IMG/VR virus record: IMGVR_UViG_3300025818_000017
Source: a virus
Strand: one strand, 5' to 3'
DNA length: 64,000 nucleotides
Shown here: piece by piece, positions 49,122-55,416 of the stretch
Numbering within the stretch: the first letter of the stretch is position 1
How the letters are laid out: each line of letters starts with the position of its first letter
The notes under the pieces: generated by a model
The model's input: the letters and a program-made list of their open reading frames with translations, nothing else
Databases searched by the model: none
What the model was told of the DNA's origin: nothing
Translations under genes and position numbers: made by a program

Positions 49122-49303
49122 GAAATACAGTCTTTGATCTATTTTTATATCTCTATGTAGTATTCGCTTCAATTACTATGGCGGGTTTGATCGGTGCTTG
49201 GGCAACAGTAGGTATACAGGATACTAAACTATGGTTTGTGATCCCATTACTGGTTAGTGCAGCCTTTGCTGCTAAAATGATGACACAGCGAGAACAGAAA
49301 TGA
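49118..49303 (+). CDS. Small 2-TM membrane protein
   Basis: Two hydrophobic helices. Confidence 0.6.
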   Translation: MRNTVFDLFLYLYVVFASITMAGLIGAWATVGIQDTKLWFVIPLLVSAAFAAKMMTQREQK

Positions 49304-49656
49304 AAATTATTTTTGGAAGAGAAAACGCAGAAAAGTTCAAAGACAACTATATCGTTCTTGAACTGGACACATTCAATGTGACCAATGTTGGTGAGGTAGT
49401 AACCTTTTGTGTATTATCCGCAGAAGAAATCCCGCTTGGTATGTTACCAGAACTACCACACTGGACAGAGTTTCATAATAAACTATTGAATGGTTATAGA
49501 ACCAAGCAATGGAACTTTTGCCTTGACTGTATCTCAAACCTAAAGGGAAAACTTGGTGGCGAGATTGATACATTCTATGATAATCTAAAACAGCGTATTG
49601 AAGTATATAGGGACACTGGCGTTCCCGACGATTGGACACATATACTCCAACGATAA
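49300..49656 (+). CDS. Protein resembling the helical C-terminal extension of adenylate cyclases
   Basis: GY..KQW..C.....FY..L..RI..Y....PDDW pattern. Confidence 0.4.
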   Translation: MKIIFGRENAEKFKDNYIVLELDTFNVTNVGEVVTFCVLSAEEIPLGMLPELPHWTEFHNKLLNGYRTKQWNFCLDCISNLKGKLGGEIDTFYDNLKQRIEVYRDTGVPDDWTHILQR

Positions 49657-49663
49657 ATATTGT

Positions 49664-49885
49664 ATGAAGTTATTCATAGTAGCCTTTATCTATATATGTA
49701 CAAATGGTGGGTTCGTATGTAATGAAGAACCTATCACTAAAACGTGGCGATACGAAGATGGGAAAGACCCATCCATCATTAAAGAAAAGTGTGAGAAATG
49801 GATTCATGAAAAGATATGGGAAATGCCTTTGAAGCCTGGTGAAATAGCACAAGCAAGATGCCAGTTACAGCTAATAAAAGAATAA
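49664..49885 (+). CDS. Hypothetical protein
   Basis: TAAATA-N4-ATG. Confidence 0.55.
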   Translation: MKLFIVAFIYICTNGGFVCNEEPITKTWRYEDGKDPSIIKEKCEKWIHEKIWEMPLKPGEIAQARCQLQLIKE

Positions 49886-49941
49886 AAAATATGCTGAAAA
49901 AATAGTGGAGAAAAAAGTAGACGATATTATCTAAATACTGT

Positions 49942-50505
49942 ATGTATGAACAGTTATTTATATGGACCGTCCTAACTTTAGTTCCTCTTATTCCAACTTA
50001 TGTAACACATAGGTTTTTAGAGAGTTCTGCTACATATAAAGCCGCACACCAGGGTATCAAACTTGGTGGTGCTATTGCTGCTTATTTCATTCTATTGGGC
50101 ACAGCGTTTTACACATATAATAATATGTTCAATGACCCGCTTTCAGATATTCGCCAAGCATTATCTGGTGAATGGTCTTGTACGGGTTCCATCACTGAAT
50201 CTGATAAAGAGTTTGACCCAACAAAGTCTATTTCATCGTCAATGAATATTCATGTAAATGGCGGTAATCGTATTTCACTAACTGGTCATATTCCTTCTAT
50301 TTTTCTACACTGGCAAGCAGAAGAAGTTATCGTGACTGAAAAAGAGTTGATTTACATCTTCAATATTCCAATCAAAAACTCAACAGGCATTACTTGGTTA
50401 TCGTTCAACCGCACAGATGGTGAGATTCTTGGTCTTTTCGGTCATTGGGTTATCTCAGGCGAAAAAGGCAAAGGTTCGCTAACCTGTTTCAGAAATAATC
50501 AATAA
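49942..50505 (+). CDS. 2-TM plus beta-rich domain membrane protein
   Basis: Two TM helices, then LSGEW and alternating beta strands. Confidence 0.6.
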   Translation: MYEQLFIWTVLTLVPLIPTYVTHRFLESSATYKAAHQGIKLGGAIAAYFILLGTAFYTYNNMFNDPLSDIRQALSGEWSCTGSITESDKEFDPTKSISSSMNIHVNGGNRISLTGHIPSIFLHWQAEEVIVTEKELIYIFNIPIKNSTGITWLSFNRTDGEILGLFGHWVISGEKGKGSLTCFRNNQ

Positions 50506-50511
50506 AAACAC

Positions 50512-50539
50512 TTGACAATATCATAATTTATGCTATACT
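50512..50539 (+). promoter_or_regulatory. sigma70-like early promoter
   Basis: TTGACA-N16-TATACT. Confidence 0.8.
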
Positions 50540-50570
50540 GTATATAGAAATTGAGATTGGAGAGATACAA

Positions 50571-50822
50571 ATGATCAACTATATTTCTGCTAACGACGGT
50601 GGTCTTGAGTTTCACACTGGGAATGGTGGGGCTTTCTTGGTTTCACGCGACATCAATGAGTTGGTTGGTTTTGCGCTGGATCATGGTTTCGCTGAAACTG
50701 TGATGGGTTCGTCCACGATGGACTTTGCCAGTGAGTATGGCTTTGAGACTAACGAAGGTGCCGATGAACTCTTGGAGAAAGTGTTTCGGCGGGTTGCTTT
50801 TGTAACGGAAGGTGTTGTCTAA
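50571..50822 (+). CDS. Hypothetical early protein
   Basis: GGAG SD after promoter. Confidence 0.7.
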   Translation: MINYISANDGGLEFHTGNGGAFLVSRDINELVGFALDHGFAETVMGSSTMDFASEYGFETNEGADELLEKVFRRVAFVTEGVV

Positions 50823-50995
50823 TGGATCAATATACCGCAGTTGGCCTTGCTGAAGGTTTCATTGAAGCTGAAAGCGAAGAACAAGTGATTGAAGCGTGGC
50901 AGTATCTGATCGATACAGGGCTGGCCTATCGTCTACAAGGATGGTTTGGCCGCACCGCAACCGACCTGATTGAACAGGGGATTTGTGATGGATAA
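50822..50995 (+). CDS. 57-aa early protein missed by the ORF track
   Basis: MDQYTAVGLAEG..AWQYLIDTGLAYRLQGWFGRTATDLIEQGICDG; coupled on both sides. Confidence 0.75.
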   Translation: MDQYTAVGLAEGFIEAESEEQVIEAWQYLIDTGLAYRLQGWFGRTATDLIEQGICDG

Positions 50996-51161
50996 AGTGT
51001 TTATTGTTGAAGTAATGCGTGATGGTGTCGTTTCACGCGAAGGTGTGTATGCTTCGGTTGAAAAAGCCAACGCGGTACAGAAACGGCTTGAAGAATGCCG
51101 TGATGCATCTGGCGAACCGTTTTACGATTTCGTCTTCAACCAAGAGGCGATTGTAAACTGA
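50988..51161 (+). CDS. Hypothetical early protein
   Basis: Coupled ORF. Confidence 0.6.
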   Translation: MDKVFIVEVMRDGVVSREGVYASVEKANAVQKRLEECRDASGEPFYDFVFNQEAIVN

Positions 51162-51361
51162 TGACTGATAAGCCAGAAATCTACCCGTATATTACGATTG
51201 AGCGGTCTTCTGTTGATCCCGAAGGATGGGGTGGCGATGTTCGTTATTACAAAACGATTGGCCACGCTCGTTCTGTAAAGGAAACGATTGAAGAAGCTTA
51301 CCGTGATTCGGATGGCGAAACCGTGGATATTCGTATCTACAAACTTGAAGAAATCACTTGA
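51161..51361 (+). CDS. Hypothetical early protein
   Basis: Coupled ORF (TGATG). Confidence 0.6.
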   Translation: MTDKPEIYPYITIERSSVDPEGWGGDVRYYKTIGHARSVKETIEEAYRDSDGETVDIRIYKLEEIT

Positions 51362-51385
51362 CAATCCACCAAAATATGTTATACT
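51358..51385 (+). promoter_or_regulatory. sigma70-like early promoter
   Basis: TTGACA-N16-TATACT. Confidence 0.8.
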
Positions 51386-51408
51386 GTATATAACAGTTGG
51401 AGAGATTT

Positions 51409-51852
51409 ATGACCGATACATTCCCCGTTCTTTACATCCTGATGCGTAATGACCTTGCCAGCATGAACGCTGGTAAGGCGATGGCACAGGCTTCCCACGC
51501 TTCTAACGCTTTTGTTGATCAAATGTCACAAGAAGAAGATAAGTTTGAAGGATATTCTACCAACCCTGACGACGATGCCGACTTGAAGCTGTTTTGGAAA
51601 TGGCGTACAGAGACTGAACAGGGTTTCGGCACTGTTTTGGTTCTGGCTGTGAACGAAGCACAGATGCGTACCGCAGTTGAAGTTGCTGGTGCGATGGGGT
51701 TTGTTTCTGGCGTTGTTCACGATCCAACCTACCCGTTGCGTGATGGCGACACGACACACTTCTTGCCGGTTGACACCTGTTCGTTCATCTTTGGCGACAA
51801 AAACGATCCAATGCTTGGCGCTGTTGTTGGCAACTTCCCACTGCATCCATAA
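51409..51852 (+). CDS. Peptidyl-tRNA hydrolase, Pth2 family
   Basis: YILMRNDL.SM.AGKAMAQASHA, W..G..TVLVL, VHDP, DTC..FG. Confidence 0.75.
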   Translation: MTDTFPVLYILMRNDLASMNAGKAMAQASHASNAFVDQMSQEEDKFEGYSTNPDDDADLKLFWKWRTETEQGFGTVLVLAVNEAQMRTAVEVAGAMGFVSGVVHDPTYPLRDGDTTHFLPVDTCSFIFGDKNDPMLGAVVGNFPLHP

Positions 51853-51862
51853 GGATAGTATA

Positions 51863-52153
51863 ATGAAAAAGGCTGAACGATTAGCGCAAGCCAAGCGTGA
51901 GTTAGAAAAAACTCTCAAACGTGTTGGCTATACTGGTAAGGGCAAGACCTATCGTTCCCCTATCCCTTCGTACAAGGTTGAGGATAGAGGGTTGCCGCCT
52001 ACCAGTGATGTTATTTGTGCTATCAAATCAAGCACACAGTTAGCCAAAGAAGAACGCATTGAGCGTAGTAAGAAGTATACCGTAGCCCCCGCCTACAATA
52101 AGGGTGCTTACCAACTTCGTAGTAAATCTGATATAAAGGATATTGGACGATGA
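51863..52153 (+). CDS. Basic conserved phage protein
   Basis: APAYNKGAYQ motif; start at ATG51863 after SD. Confidence 0.65.
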   Translation: MKKAERLAQAKRELEKTLKRVGYTGKGKTYRSPIPSYKVEDRGLPPTSDVICAIKSSTQLAKEERIERSKKYTVAPAYNKGAYQLRSKSDIKDIGR

Positions 52154-52251
52154 AACGGTTTGATTGGTTTGATTTTGTTCTGTATTCTGTTGGGTTGATA
52201 GTAGTGCTGTTGGTTGGTGTTAACCCTGTCTTTAGGAAGGAAAGAAAGTGA
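52150..52251 (+). CDS. 33-aa single-TM peptide
   Basis: Coupled ATGA start; hydrophobic core with basic tail. Confidence 0.45.
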   Translation: MKRFDWFDFVLYSVGLIVVLLVGVNPVFRKERK

Positions 52252-52484
52252 ATAACTGGACTCTTCATTATAAGCCAGGACCGTTCTCTGGTTCTTGGAC
52301 ATTGGCGGAACTACAACGATTTCCAGCAACAATGTCTTTACGTCATGCAATCGTTTATATGGACATTTATAGCAACTATCCAACTGATACGGTTATCTAT
52401 GCTGAAAATAAAAATGGTAAGCGTATCTATCCAAATAAGCTAACTAAAGCCCTATCAACCATTATCACAACTTTCGGAGGATAA
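52248..52484 (+). CDS. Hypothetical protein
   Basis: GTG start with SD. Confidence 0.5.
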   Translation: MNNWTLHYKPGPFSGSWTLAELQRFPATMSLRHAIVYMDIYSNYPTDTVIYAENKNGKRIYPNKLTKALSTIITTFGG

Positions 52485-52485
52485 A

Positions 52486-52614
52486 ATGTTTAAGTTTCTA
52501 TTGGGTGTTATCGTGGGCGGTTTGTTCGTCTATAATGTAGATGTTGACCGTCTTATTCAGAACGTTGAGTTTGAGAAAAAGCAAGTAGAAATTTCTGTGC
52601 CCACTCTAAAATAA
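52486..52614 (+). CDS. 42-aa membrane peptide
   Basis: GGAGG SD; MFKFLLGVIVGG. Confidence 0.6.
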   Translation: MFKFLLGVIVGGLFVYNVDVDRLIQNVEFEKKQVEISVPTLK

Positions 52615-52662
52615 CTAAATAAAGTTGCAGAGCAATCTGCTTCTTTATAAAGGAGAAACAAA

Positions 52663-52824
52663 ATGGGAGTATTCCTAGTACTATCAATGCTGCTACTTGG
52701 TGGCGCTTCCTACGATCAGTGTGCAACAGACGAAATGTTCGCTGGTGATTGGGACGGCTACAAAGTAGCAATGGAAGACGGCAAGAGCCGTTGGAATCCA
52801 GACGAAGCCAAGCGTTGTAAGTAA
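52663..52824 (+). CDS. 53-aa secreted/membrane peptide
   Basis: AAGGAG SD; hydrophobic leader; two Cys. Confidence 0.6.
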   Translation: MGVFLVLSMLLLGGASYDQCATDEMFAGDWDGYKVAMEDGKSRWNPDEAKRCK

Positions 52825-52848
52825 GGCTTTATCGACATTCGATATAAG

Positions 52849-52878
52849 AAGAGGGGTGTTTTTATCCCCTCTTTTTTT
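52849..52878 (+). terminator. Rho-independent terminator
   Basis: AAGAGGGG..CCCCTCTT plus T run. Confidence 0.75.
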
Positions 52879-52909
52879 ATGCCTATAAATATCTTTTTGG
52901 AGTATCAAA

Positions 52910-53902
52910 ATGAAGATAGCAATCGTTGGATTCGGACGAATAGGCAAAGCAATAAAAAAGCGTTTAAATGAACACTATATTGAGGCTGACGCATATGATG
53001 TAGTGGAACAGCAATATAGCACTATTTTAAGCGATTTTTCGCAACTTGACGGATATGATACCATATGCTGTGCTACACCGCCGAAAACTAACCGTGAAAT
53101 TGCAACATATTGTGCCAAAAATAATAAGCATTATTTGGACTTATCGGAAGATGTTGAAACAACAGAATATCTAAAAACTTTACAAACATCCGCAAGTATT
53201 ATTCCGCAATGTGGTCTTGCTCCTGGTGCTGTGAATATCATTGCTCACAATCTTGCTTTACAGTTTGATACTGTTGATACAATCCAAATGCGTGTAGGTG
53301 CATTACCAAGATACCCAAACAACAATATGAAATATTATTTCAGTTGGAGTCCCGAAGGTGTTATCAATGAATATTGTAACTGGTGTGATGCCGTAGAGGG
53401 CGGTGAAGTATGTAAGATTCCACCATTGGCTGGATATGAAACACTTATCATTGATGGAACAGAATACGAAGCATTCAATACCAGCGGCGGATTAGGAACG
53501 CTACACGAAACGTGGGATGGTAAAGTTTATGATATGAACTACCGAACCATTCGTTATCCTGGTCATAGGCAACACATGAAGTTTCTTTTTGAAGATTTGA
53601 ATATGAGCAAATATCGTGAAGACTTTGTAAAGATATTCAAGCAAAGCGTCCCTACGACAAAAGATGACCAAGTTATCCTATATGTAAAGGTGATCGGTGA
53701 AAAGAAAGGTGTATTAGAAGAAAGCACATTTCAACGAACTTTCATAAGTAATCATCAAATGACTGCTATTGAATATACAACGGCATCTGGTATTTGTGCT
53801 TGGCTATGGGAACTAAAAAATAGAAAAGTAAAAACTGGATTTATTCGTCAGGAAGATTACCCATTTGCGACAGAACATAACCCATATTGGATATGGTCGT
53901 AA
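52910..53902 (+). CDS. Saccharopine dehydrogenase-family oxidoreductase
   Basis: GFGRIG Rossmann motif, HYLDLSED, CGLAPG, SWSPEGVINEY, EAFNTSGG. Confidence 0.85.
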   Translation: MKIAIVGFGRIGKAIKKRLNEHYIEADAYDVVEQQYSTILSDFSQLDGYDTICCATPPKTNREIATYCAKNNKHYLDLSEDVETTEYLKTLQTSASIIPQCGLAPGAVNIIAHNLALQFDTVDTIQMRVGALPRYPNNNMKYYFSWSPEGVINEYCNWCDAVEGGEVCKIPPLAGYETLIIDGTEYEAFNTSGGLGTLHETWDGKVYDMNYRTIRYPGHRQHMKFLFEDLNMSKYREDFVKIFKQSVPTTKDDQVILYVKVIGEKKGVLEESTFQRTFISNHQMTAIEYTTASGICAWLWELKNRKVKTGFIRQEDYPFATEHNPYWIWS

Positions 53903-53935
53903 TAAACACCATAGAAGACCTATGCTGAAATCCTA

Positions 53936-54685
53936 TTGGGGTTAGTATTGGAAGGTGAAGTATCTATTGAAGAAGCCAGAGAAATCCTATCAAAAATCGA
54001 GCGTGGTGAAACATCAGCACTTGACTCCATAGACGATCTTGTGGTAGAATATAGAGAAGAAGGAGGTACAGATGAAACAGACGCGAACCTTGGTAACGAA
54101 CCTTATGTGGGTAATGGCGACAATATTCGCAGTGTTGATGGTAACAGCGTTGATGACTTACAAACCAGCGGTGAAACCGAACAGCCAGTTCAGTCTGCCG
54201 CTGTGCAAGAAGATATTGGAACGCCAGAACAGTCCCAAGCGGATAGTCCAACGGTGCAAGGAACTACACAGGGAGTTATAGATGCTACAGCGAATATCAT
54301 ATCAACTACCACTACGGAACTTGATAATGAACAAACGCAAGTCGTTGAAGAGCTTTCGGACAATGGAACGGATGAAGGAAATACAACAGTTCGTCAAGAG
54401 TCTGGACAAGAAAATGACCAAACCGTACAAGACAACAACCAAACAACGCAGAATGAGGATGATGTAAATGAGCGTACTTCTACTAACACCAGTAATGACG
54501 CCGGCGATGCTAACGGACCAACTAATGAAACCAGCGACACATCTACAGGCATTACGCCAGAAGACACAGGCGATGATGGAAACACTGATGGTGGGGGCGA
54601 TGATGGAACTGACCCTAATAATGGCGATGATACTACCGACGATGATGTAGGCTCCATAGCGGATTTGTTCGTCAAGACGAGATAA
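53936..54685 (+). CDS. Acidic low-complexity (D/E/T/N/G) protein
   Basis: Long open frame; start codon uncertain. Confidence 0.55.
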   Translation: MGLVLEGEVSIEEAREILSKIERGETSALDSIDDLVVEYREEGGTDETDANLGNEPYVGNGDNIRSVDGNSVDDLQTSGETEQPVQSAAVQEDIGTPEQSQADSPTVQGTTQGVIDATANIISTTTTELDNEQTQVVEELSDNGTDEGNTTVRQESGQENDQTVQDNNQTTQNEDDVNERTSTNTSNDAGDANGPTNETSDTSTGITPEDTGDDGNTDGGGDDGTDPNNGDDTTDDDVGSIADLFVKTR

Positions 54686-54707
54686 ATATCTCAAAGGACA
54701 ACGCATT

Positions 54708-55133
54708 ATGGGTATATTCGGACGAGTAAAATCTTGGTTCAAAAAAGAAGAACCAAAAAACGCACAGGAATACTACGACAAGCATATTACTAAACCAGTA
54801 GATAATGATGCTATTGTACAACATATGCGTGAGCAACAAGCGGCGGCAGATGAATCCGCAGCAAGAGTATTTGATGCTATTCTAAACGAGCAGCAGACAT
54901 TTGAGTATCAGGCTAGGCATCGCACAGCAGAAGAAACAGAAGAAATCAAAGCACAGATACAAGAACGTCCACCACAAGAACCCCTACCCCAATCAAAACC
55001 AGTTGCTGAACCACGTATTCCGTTAAACCGTCAAACAAACATTCGTGCAAGAAAACTATTAGAACGAAGAAAAAATCTACGTGAGTTATCCAAAATCAGA
55101 CCAAACGGCACAGAAGTTGTACCAGACGCTTAA
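54708..55133 (+). CDS. Hypothetical protein
   Basis: Late promoter and AAGGA SD. Confidence 0.65.
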   Translation: MGIFGRVKSWFKKEEPKNAQEYYDKHITKPVDNDAIVQHMREQQAAADESAARVFDAILNEQQTFEYQARHRTAEETEEIKAQIQERPPQEPLPQSKPVAEPRIPLNRQTNIRARKLLERRKNLRELSKIRPNGTEVVPDA

Positions 55134-55318
55134 TACTCAAAAGTTATTTTACCATCAACTACACATATAGAAGCCGGTTGTGGTACAAGTATGAAATCGT
55201 TTGGGTTTTTCTTTACTTGTTCTTTATATCTTTTCCAGTTATTTTCTGGGGAGAAATATTCTAACTTGTGTGATAGTTCGATGTCTTCCAGTGCGATCAC
55301 ATACACTTGTAACCACAT
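55130..55318 (-). CDS. Small hypothetical protein
   Basis: Convergent ORF with AGGAGG upstream on the minus strand. Confidence 0.45.
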   Translation of the reverse strand: MWLQVYVIALEDIELSHKLEYFSPENNWKRYKEQVKKNPNDFILVPQPASICVVDGKITFEY

Positions 55319-55416
55319 TCAAAAACTTATCTACTACGGACATATTGCCCTCCTGGTATACATTGTGCTATAATAACACATAAATACTATAGGAGTTTAT
55401 AGGAGTCAATAACAAA

